Part shown: one piece after another, positions 25,672 through 48,480 of the stretch
Layout of the letters: each line of letters starts with the position of its first letter
Numbering within the stretch: the stretch's first letter is position 1
Origin: the human T2T-CHM13v2.0 reference genome, Homo sapiens
Direction: 5' to 3' (one strand)
DNA length: 64,000 nucleotides
Assembly (NCBI RefSeq): GCF_009914755.1
Contig: NC_060935.1
Notes under the pieces: model-generated
Seen by the model: only the letters and a program-made list of their open reading frames with translations
The model's database searches: none
Told to the model about the DNA's origin: nothing
Made by a program: the position numbers and the translations under genes

Positions 25672-25802
25672 CTCTCCGTGGGAAGGTCGAGCCCTGCGGT
25701 GCCCAGCTGTGGGGACAGCTCGGTGCTCAGTGCTTCTGATGACAGATGCTGCATCCAACGAGCCAGAAACGCAGGCACCGCGCTCAAGAGCCCAGGGCGC
25801 GT
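25672..25802 (-). other. CPT1A: Candidate alternative 5' exon ('1b') with ATG in frame with CPT1A
   Basis: Donor GAG|GTGCGT (GT at 25671-25670); possible acceptor CCCCTTTTAG|AC at 25803-25804; ATG at 25754 is 83+13=96 nt upstream of the main ATG with no stop; lies in a CpG-rich patch. Confidence 0.55.
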
Positions 25803-27283
25803 CTAAAAGGGGCTCACTGTGAAGCCTCAGTGAAAACTGACGGTGTTTTTATGAATGAGCACTCGGGGCCAGGGTTGGGTAAGGGCAGGCCCTCGTTCCA
25901 GGGCTCCCCGGAGGCCCAACTTGACCGCTCGGTGACCACTGGTCCGGGGCCGGGGCCAAACGCAGCAGCCGCAGCAGTATCGGAAGGGACCCAGTTTAAT
26001 TCTCTTCCCCTCCAGGGTAGGCGGCTTGTTTTTAGTACCAACTCGAAACGTTATTTTGGCCTGTGCATGATGCCAACTTCTGCCACTTTGAAACAAAGTG
26101 TGTGCACTCCCAAACCTGGCCCTTTTTATTGTTTGATTCCAACTGTTAAGATAGGGTTCAAGTGCAAGGTCTAGGCTAGCAATGCTTCACAGGAAGGAAA
26201 CCAGTAATTTACATGCGAAAAGCAGTCCACAGGCTCTTGGTATTGAGGCAAAACCAATCCAAAGAACCAGCTGCGAATGCTGATAGTCCCCAGACCAACT
26301 GACAGCTGGATGTTCGCTGGCCTCAGCGGTGTGCATTCTCAGCGACACTTATGTCCTCAATTTATTGCTACGTTCACTCGGTCAGAGTCGCCTTAAAGAA
26401 TTTGGAAAGGCCCGGGGGTGGGGGTGCTTCCTGGCATAAATAGAAGACCAGTGCTCAGCCATTTTTTATTCACTTGGTTTGTGGCTTAGAATGAAATAAA
26501 CATGCTTGCATATCTGGAATGACCAGAAACCGGACACCTGTGGAAGAAAATGGTGTAACAAAATACAACGTTGCAAAAGGTAAAACCGATTTTCATTTTA
26601 TTCGGTAACTTACAAAGTTACCAGCTTCCTACTAAAATCTGCCCTTAAATATTTTATAACACACGGAGCCGAGAGGAACCGAAAGCCTGTGCCGAGTTGG
26701 GAATATTAACTTTGTTATGTATTTAACCTGGTAGGTAGTTGGGATTTTTAACTCTCTGAGTTGTTTTCTTTTTTTAAAGTAAGATCGGCCCTCATCTTTG
26801 AGTTCTGCGGCTTTAACGAAAGCCAAGGGCGGATTTACATTATAAAGACGCTGACCCATGGCCTCTCCTGACAAACCGAAAGAAGCCGGCTGTTGGCTGG
26901 CCGCGGCGGTGGCTCCGAGAAGGGGCTGCCCCGCGTGGCCCTGACCGCACCGTCGGGCTCGCAGGCCAAGTTCGCCAGGGCACGGCCACGTGACACCCCC
27001 ACCCTCCCGCGGCCCCGCCGCTCCCAGCCCGGCACGACCTTGGGCACATGCTCCGCGCCCACCCGCCCTTGACCCAGCGCTGCACGGGAGAGGCTGCGGG
27101 GCGCTCCCAAGCAGGCACTGGGCCCGGCACCCTCATCCTGCTCACGGCAGCGCTCGGACCGCGCCTGGAGTCCCTGCGCCAAGGGCGTGTCCCGACGGCT
27201 GCACCGCGAGGGCGGGCATGGGGAGGGGGACCGGGGAGACGGACGCTGGGATGGGGTCAGCGGCGCCCTGCCGAATCCCGAGG

Positions 27284-27680
27284 GCCGAGCACCCCTCCCT
27301 CAGCCGCACTGCACCTGCCCGTAGGTGACCAACCCACGGGCGGACCCCCAGACCCAATCCTCTCCAGAGCCAGGGTGGGATGGGCAGGGACAGGAGCCGG
27401 AGGCCCTACTGGCCCCGGGCGAAGGCATCCTGGAAAGCATCCAGAGCGTCCAGCATCCCTCCCGCGGCCACCCGCAGGCTGACCGACCCCTGGGCAGACC
27501 CTCAGACTCAATCCAGTCCAGGGCGGATTAAGGAGTGGGAGACAAGGGAGCCGGTGGCCCCGCTGGCCCCGGGCCGGAGGCGTCCAGCCAAGTCCGGAGG
27601 GCCGAGCATCCCTCCCGCGGCCGCACGGGACCCGCCTGCGGATGGACCGACCCCCGGTGGACCCTCAGACCCAATCCCCT
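27284..27680. repeat. Degenerate ~155-160-bp triplication inside the CpG island
   Basis: GACCC(C/T)CAGAC(C/T)CAATCC at ~27343, ~27497 and ~27660; AGCATCCCTCCCGCGGCC at ~27452 and ~27606. Confidence 0.75.
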
Positions 27681-27894
27681 GGGGAACATGGGGAGCCCCG
27701 GCCTCTTTCTGGGTTCAGGATCTCCACAACCCCGCCGTCCGGGGGGAATACCGGGGTTCCTCTCGGCGCCCCGGTTCCGGCGGCGTCCCCCACCCGGTCC
27801 GGTTCCCGGCAGCCCCGCGCCCCGCCCGTCCCCGGCCCCCGCAGCCCGCAGGGCCGCCCCGCCACCCTCCCCACCGCGGGCGACCGGGCCTCAC

Positions 27895-28036
27895 CGAGTC
27901 AGCTACGGAGGTGCGGCAGCGGCAGCGGCAGCGGCGGCGGCGGCGGCGGCGGTGGAGTGAACGAGCGGCGAGCGGGAGCCGGGGAAGGAGGGCCGCGGGC
28001 GAGGCCGAGCGCACCCGACGCCGGCAGCAGCGGATT
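27895..28036 (-). other. CPT1A: CPT1A non-coding exon 1 (5' end approximate)
   Basis: GC-rich, ATG-free segment in the CpG island ending GCTGACTCG|GTGAGG; contains a GCC repeat. An in-frame TAG lies upstream of the CPT1A ATG after splicing. Confidence 0.85.
27913..27951 (-). repeat. (GCC)7-(GCTGCC)3-type repeat in the 5'UTR
   Basis: Plus strand reads (GCGGCA)3(GCG)7. Confidence 0.9.
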
Positions 28037-28457
28037 GGCTGAGGCGGGTCCGGCTGCGGCGCCTGCAGGCGGGTGACTCCCGGCGCGCGGAGGGCGGGCC
28101 CGGGGCCTCGGCGGGGCGGGGCGTCCGCGGGGCTAGGAGGGGAGGGAAACTGAGGCTCGAGCGGGTGCTCGCGTCCTCGACCTCTGCCGGAATGGGGTCT
28201 AGGACGAGATTCCTCACCCTCCGAGCCTCAGTTTCCTCATCCGTAAAACGAGCCATCTCGTGGAGGCCGTGCGCATAAAATCGCTTAGCTCCGTGCCTGG
28301 CTGATCCTCGCGACTTATCTATCGGCATTGCCCCGTGTAATGCTCCAGGCACCCCCTGATGGTATTCACCCCTGACTCTTTCATGCAGACAAGGGTCGCG
28401 GGCCAGGAAATAAGTTACCCCACATCACCGAGCTGAGAAGCAACCGATCCACAGGGA

Positions 28458-28570
28458 GTGGTGGGGCGCGCCTGTAATCCCAGCTACTCGGGAGGCGGGA
28501 AGTCGCTTGAAGCCAGGAGTTCGAGGCCAGCCTGGGCAACGTAGCGAGACCCCGTCTCTAAAAAAAAAAG
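28458..28570 (+). mobile_element. Alu monomer (FLAM/FAM-like)
   Basis: GCGCGCCTGTAATCCCAGCTACTCGGGAGG...CAGCCTGGGCAAC...poly(A). Confidence 0.75.
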
Positions 28571-29599
28571 CGCGGGGAAGTGATAGATCGGACATTGGGT
28601 CCAGATCTGATTCCACAGCCCATGCCCCAAATCAGACCTTATACCACGAGTGGCAGTCATCGCGATCCAGAGGCAGCGTGGCTCCTCCTCATCTAGCTAG
28701 GATAAAAATGCCTCACTTGGGGGGCTTTGGTGAGATTTACTAAAATAATTCTTCCAGCGTCAAGAACATAATAGGTGCTGGGAGAGGAGTAGCTAGAGGC
28801 CAGGGCAGAGCGACCGAGAGACCCTTGTGCTGGAGCTCGGGAGAGGGGCCGGGAGCGGGAACTGAACATCCACCGGTCCCAGGAGTCTAGGGCGAGCGCA
28901 GCTGCAGGGGACCCAGGGGGTTGAGGGGGAGGGAGAGGGGCCCCAAGCGTAACAGGAGGGCCAAGGGGGTCTTCCTGACCGGGAGCCACCCCTCCCCTAT
29001 CTTTGCCCGCAATGCTTCCAGGCGCGAGCTGGCGGCTCTGCATACAGCAGGTGCTCCATAAATGCACCGATGTTATGAACAAAGACTCTTTTAAACCTCT
29101 TTTATGAACCCTGCTCTTTTTAAGTTCGACCACTTCTTCTAGTTATGAAAAAATCCATGTTTGCAACCATCCTTCTTTCTGTATCATTTAGTTGTTACCG
29201 CAGAAGAATTTAGAAGAGAAAATGAAAGTTCTCCTTTGATCCCGCCCCCCACCACCGCTGCAGTTAACTCTCCCTGCGGTTCCCGGGCTCGCTGTTTTAA
29301 AGGAAGGCTAGGATGCAAGCTGTCTGTAAGGCTGTTTTGTTTTCACTTGGCTTACGTCGTAGACAGGTCTCTGCTGGGGGACGGAGATGACCACCGGCCT
29401 TCCCAAGGCTGCATAAGATTTCCTTTGACTATGCTGTGATCCATTTACGCGGCCCCCATTGGACAATTAGGGCCTCCTCCCCGCCCCCCACCCCACCATT
29501 GCAGGTATAAATAAAAGCTGCGTTGGCCGTCGATGTACCTCCTGGAGCTCCTGATTATCCTGTAGGATAGATCCCTGGAGGGGAAGCAACCAGGCACGT

Positions 29600-30480
29600 G
29601 CGACATTTTGGTGACACAGGCCAAGCTACCATGCCGAAAAGTTTACCAACTTCCACTGCCACCCGCGCGTGCAAGCGGGGCCCTGTCTCCGATTATGGAT
29701 TATTTTAATCTTTGCCAATCCTAAAAGGAGGGGTGGGGGAGGGAAGAATCTCTCATCTCTCCTTTTAATTTGCATTTCTTTGAGGTTAGAAGTTGGGGGT
29801 TTGTCCCCCTGCTTGCGCTTGTCTGGACCACCAGTGAGCCCAGGCACTCGACCCCCGCAGATTTCACCGCCCCAAGAGGCCAGTGGGCTGGGCCAGGGCA
29901 CACGTTCCTGACGCGCGGCTGCACCCCACGAGCCCGGGCGGCTCTCGCGCGTGAGGCTCTCCTTGCACGTGGGCCTTCGCGGTTTGCACTACGGAAGCTG
30001 GACTGTCATTCTCACCGCAAATGCCCTTCCCTCCTTTCCCTGGAACCTCAGCCACCGACAGGTCCCCGCTCCAAGGTCATTTCCTCCCTCGCTCAGCGCC
30101 CCGGTGCGCGCCCAGCTGGGATTGGCCCCGCGCCCTGTCTGTTCCCAGGGCTCTTCGGCCTTGACCGTGCGCCCTTCCCTGCGCGCCGCCTAGGTGCCAC
30201 CTGCAGGCCGGGCGGGGCAGGGACAGGGACCCAGTCTGTGGGGACGCCGAGGCGCCACGCTCACCTGTGCCATGGTGGCCGGGCTCTCGGCAGCTGCAAC
30301 GAGCCCGCGCCGGCCTGCAACTGCAGCCGCACTGGGGAGGCCTTATTCCCCTCCCGCCGACCACGCTGCAGCTCTCCTGCCCGGGTCTGCGGCTCCCGCG
30401 GCTGCGTAGCTGAGTCTATTAATAAAGAAGCAGAGAACGAGGCCTCCCGGGGAGCTCCGGGCCTGAGCCTCAGTTCCCTG
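29600..30480. promoter_or_regulatory. Upstream CpG island (alternative promoter candidate)
   Basis: CpG-dense, GC-rich, non-repeat block ~2 kb upstream of exon 1. Confidence 0.7.
30265..30400 (-). other. CPT1A: Candidate upstream alternative first exon of CPT1A (5' end approximate)
   Basis: Consensus donor CAG|GTGAGC (GT at 30264-30263) preceded by GCCACCATGG, inside a separate CpG island. Confidence 0.6.
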
Positions 30481-30719
30481 GGGCCAAAAACGTCTCCATG
30501 TCTGCCTCTGAAACTAGAGTAATCTTTCTCAAGCCTTGTTTTTTACAGATTCTGCCCCAGTTTGAATACTGTAGCAATTGCCTACCATAGCTACAAGAAA
30601 AATTTTCTTTTTAATGCAGGTAATGTTTTTATTTACCGCTAAGATTTCTCTTTTTACTCAAAAAATACTTTTTTATGGAAAAATCCAAACCTTTTTATTC
30701 ATTCGTTCATTCATTCATT

Positions 30720-33248
<2,529 letters not shown>

Positions 33249-33869
33249 TCATTTATTTGGAGAAGCAGTCATATTCTGGTGTTGGGAGTGTGAACTCCAG
33301 AACCACTCAGCCTGGGTTCAAATCCTGTCTCTGCCACTTACTAGCCGAGTGATCTTAAACCTCCCTGCACCTCAGTTTCCTCATCTGTAACATGGGAAAG
33401 AAATGGAAGCTGCCTTGGAGAGTTGTAATGAAGATGAGTAACTGCCGGGAGTGCTTAGAGCTTTCCCTGGTACACAGTAGGTGCCACATAAGCTTTAGCT
33501 GTGATTATTATTCCCCCGCATCCTGTCATGAGTCCATGTTTTAAAAGCTGTTGCCCTCCCAGATCAGAGAATGCTGGAAAAAAAGGAAAAAATGTCTAAA
33601 CGAATAAACAAAAACACTGTTGCCTATAAACAGTACGTTTAATGGGGGAATAAATAATTTCCCTGAGCATACAGCAGAAATATGCAAAACTGCCACCTGG
33701 AGCCTACAACCAGCATAAAATTTGCTCATTCCTTTAAAAGATGCTTATCAATAAGCACAGTGGCTGCCGGGACACCGTGTACTGCCAGCCAAGAACCAAA
33801 AAGCTGGGCATTTTGATCTATACAGGTTAATTTCAGATAGATGAGGGGCCTCTTTAAGGCCATTTGAAG

Positions 33870-33892
33870 TGGTCAGAATAGTTCAAAGGTCA
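33870..33892 (+). promoter_or_regulatory. Composite nuclear receptor element TGGTCA-n4-AGTTCA-n1-AGGTCA (DR4+DR1)
   Basis: Three RG(G/T)TCA-like half-sites in direct orientation; motif match only. Confidence 0.45.
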
Positions 33893-34314
33893 CTATTACT
33901 CCCTCCTCAGTTTCCCCAGTCATCTCTGAGGCCCCCATCTACCTAGCCTACTTAGAGAGTATGCGTTCAGGCCAGGACCTGAGCTTCTTCATGGGATCAG
34001 AGCAGCGTGCTGGGCCCAGTGCAGGCAATGCCTTAATGGATGCTATCGAAGTTGGTATCTCGACTTGCCCAACACCAGGGCCAGGGCAGTCTTGCTCCTG
34101 ACCGCTGTGCTGGCAGCCCAGACACTGGGACTTCATGCACAGGGAGGAGGTGACCCTCCTGTAGCTCATTTTAGCAGACACCTGAGTTTTTAAATGAGAG
34201 CATTGGCAAAAGGTCTTCTATGTTAAGGACATAAATCCTCCCCTTTGGAGGTGGAGGTAGAGGTAGAAGGAGAACGAGAGAGGCAGGTAATAACTTGAGT
34301 CTTTATAGTTTTTA

Positions 34315-34792
<478 letters not shown>

Positions 34793-35084
34793 TCACTCCA
34801 GTCGTGACCCTTCCAAGACGTGTCTATAGCCTCCTGCCCCACACAGGTTAAGAAAAAATATCCAAAACTTGGAAATGAGGCAAAAGCATGTCTGAATGTG
34901 ATTTCAGTGTCACACTTGATCATTGCCTAACCGTCCCATTCAAGGATTCGCTTATTTTCTAGGGAACAGTAACTTGGACAAGGCCCCAGAGTCTGTGAAG
35001 TTACATGTGAGCTGGTAGATTTTTGCCCAACAGAAATTCAAAGGATTTCCAGTTGATAGAAAAAAGAATTCCCCAAGGTTATGA

Positions 35085-35363
<279 letters not shown>

Positions 35364-35560
35364 TGATCCCCTTAAATCCTCACTAGAGCCCACCCTTACC
35401 CCCCATCCCTACTGCCACCCCCAGAGAAATGACTTCATTCACTTGTTCCCTGGGGCCAAGTTACCCACCGGGAGAAGTCAAGTCTCGGTTGCCAGCAAAG
35501 CAGGACCACAAAGAAAAGAAAAATTAGGGTGTGTGGGTGTGTGTGTGTATGTGTTTTCTA

Positions 35561-36200
<640 letters not shown>

Positions 36201-36264
36201 TGATCTGCCCGCCTCGGCCTCCCAAAGTGCTGGGATTACAGGCGTGAGCCACCGCACCTGGCCA

Positions 36265-37115
<851 letters not shown>

Positions 37116-37643
37116 TTTCAAATTACATATGAAGAGGTTGCCATAATCCTTTTAGCAGTTAGGACCTGGAACGATTTTTTGTTGTTTGTTTTTTGAGACA
37201 GGGTCTCCCTTTGTCACCCAGGCTGGAGTGCAGTGGTGCAGTGGCACAATCTCAGTTCCCTGCAGCCTCGACTTCCTGGGCTCAAGTGATCCTCCTGCCT
37301 CAGCCTCCCCAGTAGCTGGGACTATAGGTGAATGCCACACCTGGCTAAGTTTTATATTTTTAGTAGAGACAGGATTTCACCATGTTGCCCAGTCTGTAGG
37401 TCCTGGAAAGAGGAAAGATCTAAATCTGGCCCTGGTCTTACCCATATTCACTCATTGGATCATGCATTCATGCATTCTGCAAATATGTATTGAGCCCCCA
37501 TACTTGTGCCAGCACTATTCTAGACACTGGGACTCTCAGGGAGTGAACAGAGCATTTTAACCAAGCTACAAATTCTAGTGAGAGAGGTGGTCAAGAAACA
37601 GATTCATGTGAAAAGTGCAAAGGAGGCCAGATGCGGTGGCTTA

Positions 37644-38012
<369 letters not shown>

Positions 38013-38481
38013 TTACAGATTTGATAGACCATAAGCCCCCTAGGGCTGGAAACCCTGGAAACCAGAACCAGATACATAACTTGGGTTTCAGAAATGTTAG
38101 CTGAATGACTGAGTGATGGTTGGGATGGACGGGTGGAGGGTTGGGGCTCTGCAGGCTTAGCTGCCTGGTGCCCCTCCATCTGGCCCTTCCCTTCCAGGCC
38201 CTCACCCCATTTCCATGTCTCCCACAGGAACCTCTAAACTGTCCCCATGTGTGCCCTTCTTCGCGGTCACCTTCTGTGCCCCAACATCTTTGAGGCAATC
38301 TGTGGCCTCCAGGCAGAACAGGCTTCAAAATTTGTCAAGCAAAGTGAAATGAAGGCTGAGACCTTTGATCAAAAACTATGAAGAATTTCAAGCTGAGGTG
38401 GGAAGATCGCTTGAAACCAGGAGTTTGAGACCAGCCTGGGCAACAAAGCCAGACCTTGTCTCTACCAAAAATAAAAAATTA

Positions 38482-38787
<306 letters not shown>

Positions 38788-39197
38788 TCAGGCAGGCCGG
38801 AAAGACCTCCTAGAGATCTGTGCCCAAACGACCTTTCCAACCTGGGCTCACAAACCTCACTGGGCTCTGTGCTCCCTCCACTGAAAACCTCACCCCACCT
38901 CCTGCCTCTGAGCATCTGTTCTCGCTGTTCCCTCTGCCCAGCGTGCCTTTCCACTCACTTCTTCTTGTTTTTGTGCACAGCCATGGATCAGGTGCCAGGA
39001 GAGGAGACGGAGGCAAAGCAGGGCCAGTCAGCTCTCCAGAGAAGACACTCTCAGAGGGCAGCTGCAGCCTTGCTCCACTGCAAGGCTCAAGCAGAAGCTT
39101 CCTCTGCTGCAAAATGGAGCAGCCATAAGAACCACGATGCAGGATCTGAGGTGCAACTCTGCTAAGCTCTCTGTCTTTTTTTTTTTTTTTTAGATGA

Positions 39198-39554
<357 letters not shown>

Positions 39555-39829
39555 TAGTAGAGAAGGGGTTTCTCCATGTTGGTCAGGCTGGTCTCGAACT
39601 CCCAACCTCAGGTGATCCACCCACCTTGGCCTCCTAAAGTGCTGGGATTACAGGTGTGAGCCACTGTGTCTGGCCATTTGTGTATTTTTAGTGGAGATGA
39701 GGTTTTGCCATTTTAGCTAAGCTGGTCTCGAACTCCTGACCTCAGGTGATCCACCCGCCTCGGCCTCCCAAAGTGCTGGGATTGCAGGTGTGAGCCACTG
39801 CGCCTGGCCCTGCTAAGCTCTCTTTTTTT

Positions 39830-40260
39830 TAATCTACTGAGATTTGACTCACATACCATAAAGTTCACTGTTTTCAAGTGTACAATTCAATCGATTTTGG
39901 TATATACACAGGGTTGTGCAACCACCACCACAATCTAATTTCCTAAACATTTTCCCCTAAACAAAACACTCAACCCATTAGCAGCCTTTCTCCCCATGTT
40001 CCCCACCCGGGGCAGCCACCAGTCCACTTTTTGTCAAATTCACATATGGATTTGCCTATTTTGCACATTTCATAGGAATGGGATCCTACAACATGTGGTC
40101 GTTGGTGACTGCCTTTTTTCACTGAGTATCATGTCTTCAGGGTTCACCAATGTTGTAGCCTGGGTCGGTGTTTCACTCCTTTGTATAGCTGAATAGTACT
40201 CTGTTTGTCCGGACAGACCACATTGGATGCGTCCATTCATGATAGGACAGATGCGCACAG
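39830..40260 (-). mobile_element. Old L1 (L1M) 3' fragment
   Basis: Typical reverse L1M 3'UTR (AAGTGTACAATTCAA...TTGTGCAACCACCACCACAATCTAATTT). Confidence 0.7.
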
Positions 40261-40679
40261 TACAGCACTTTCAGTCTGCCTGGGAGGTGGGTGTGGGTGC
40301 CCGGACCTCCCACGCTGACCTTGATCCTGAAATATAACCCAATGGCTGTCTCCTTTCCCTTCTGGAAGATTCCCACTCAGCCTTCAAGGTCCACTCGGAG
40401 GTCACTTGCGTCCCCCCATTACCCCAAATAGACATAATGCCTTCCTCCGCTGTGCTTGCAGTGAGGCTTCTTCCTTGTCTAAGACCCACCCGTCTCTCCC
40501 CCCTCGCCGCTCCAGTCCGAAACTGCGATTGTCCTGTTTCTGGGGTCCTGGGCGTCTCCAACCCCCCAAAACGTTTGTGCATTGGAAAAATGGGGAATTG
40601 GCTGGGCGCTCATTGGCTGCCGGAGAAGCTAATTGTTTCCTTGAAGTCACAGGTTTCGGACGGAGGAAAGAAGAGTTGG

Positions 40680-41910
<1,231 letters not shown>

Positions 41911-42374
41911 CTGCTCCAAGCCCCCTTTATTAGAAGCATTCCTTGTGGAAAAACAGGAAACACTGACCTGTAAAACAAAACGCTTATTAAAATCGCCTGG
42001 AATCTTGTTGCCTGATTAGCATGCCGCTCTGCTTCCTGTTTTTGGTCTGTGCTACTTTCCATATAGTTTTCTCAACTCTTTTTGTGCGCGCTAACAAAAT
42101 GGAAGTCACTTGGTATATAAGCGTTTCTGCTCGTTATTTTTTAACATTTATATTTATAAACGTTGTTTTCCTCGAGTAATAAATACAATCTCTTGAGAAG
42201 ACACCGAAACTGAACAGCGAAGCCCCGTGGCCCCTCTCCCTCCCACACCCTTCCACTCCCCCTCTGGAAGTAAGCACAGTTGTGAGTCGGCTGTGTATTC
42301 TCCCAGTCTTTTTCGCATTTTATGTACCGTATATATATCTAGAAATACATAGTTTTATTTAGGAGTCGCTTTAA

Positions 42375-43430
<1,056 letters not shown>

Positions 43431-43905
43431 GTATCTAGAGAAAAGTCTTACTCCCATCCCTGGCCTGTATGACACATGGTCTCTCGTGTATCCATCAGAA
43501 TTTACTTATGAAAATATAAGCAAAAACGAGTGCCTGTATGTGTTTGCTTCCTTTCTTATGGTAAAGGGAGCACGCTATCACCCGTGCTCTGTGCTTGCAT
43601 TTTAGAATCTACTTCTGTGTCTGGGTGCTCATTTCCATTAAGGTTCATTAACTTTATTTATATATGCTGCCTAAAGGGACAAAGTGCTCCATCATAAGGA
43701 TTTATCTTACCACAATCATTTGTTCCCTGTGACACAAGAGTCTTCCCAGTCTTTTGCTCCTATAAACATTGTTGCAATGAATAACTGTACAAAGGTCATG
43801 TTTTCACCTGTAGGCCTCATCCCTTGGGTGGATTCCCAGAATTGTGATTGCTGAGTCAAGGCCATGTGTACAGACAGTGTTGACGTCCTTCACCGAGTTG
43901 CCCTC

Positions 43906-43969
43906 TGTATTAGTGAAGACCTCAAGAGAAACAAATCCTATGGGATATATGTGTACATATGCACACACA

Positions 43970-44005
<36 letters not shown>

Positions 44006-44401
44006 ATGGGAAGGTGGGGAGAGAGAGACTGAGATTTATGGTAAGGAATTGAGAAATGACTCCCTAAATTATGCAGGCTGACAGTCCCAAGATCTGCAGT
44101 TGGCTGCTAGAAACCCAGGAGAGCAGATGCAGGGAAAGAGCCATGTCCCCCTTCCAAAGCAGTCAGGCAGCAGGAATTCCCTCTTGCTTGGGGGAAGATC
44201 AGCCTTTGGTTCCACTTAGACCGTCAACTGACTGGATGGAGCCCATCCGAGGTAGCAGGGCCCTCTGCTCTCCTCAGTCTGTGGATTTCAATGTTCATCT
44301 CATTCAGAAACAGCCTCACAGGCACACCCAGGATCATGTTTGACCAAATATCTCGGCACCCTGTCGCCCCATCAGGCTGACACATCAGAGTAACCATCAC
44401 A
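43906..44401. mobile_element. MLT2-like (ERVL) solo LTR with internal (CA)n
   Basis: TGTATTAGT... start and ...GACCAAATATCT...TGACACAT...TAACCATCACA end, typical of MLT2. Confidence 0.7.
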
Positions 44402-44556
44402 TCTCCTCGTGGGGATTGTCCTGTTCCGTAGTCCCCTTGCCCAGGTGTGAGGGTTTGCACAGGCCTGACCAGAGTGCCTGCCGAAATGTGGACATTCCTC
44501 TGTCTGAGAAGTGAAAAGTGGTATCTTGGGGGCAGTTTGCACGCGCATTATTTTCA

Positions 44557-46129
<1,573 letters not shown>

Positions 46130-46277
46130 ATTTGCTTTTTTTAATGTAGACTTTTTCTGTAGTCAAACACTTTATTCTTTTATGGTGTCTGAGTTTTGAG
46201 TCATAGATAAAATTGTCCCTGCTCTAAGATTCAAAACAAACTTCCCCATATTCTCTTCTAGGACTGTTATGCTTTCA

Positions 46278-48480
<2,203 letters not shown>

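Larger units (their letters stand above)
25330..25990. promoter_or_regulatory. Intronic CpG-rich promoter/enhancer
   Basis: CpG-dense block with GC boxes, E-box palindrome, DR1 element and candidate exon 1b. Confidence 0.7.
26840..28320. promoter_or_regulatory. CPT1A: Main CPT1A CpG-island promoter (TATA-less, GC boxes, CCAAT)
   Basis: Very high CpG density; GGGCGG boxes at ~28091-28122; ATTGG (CCAAT on minus strand) at 28034-28038. Confidence 0.88.

Noticed and set aside
27380-30522. Long ORFs in CpG islands (220 aa at 27380, 250 aa at 29770)
   Set aside because: Expected from stop-codon scarcity in GC-rich DNA; no homology recognisable.
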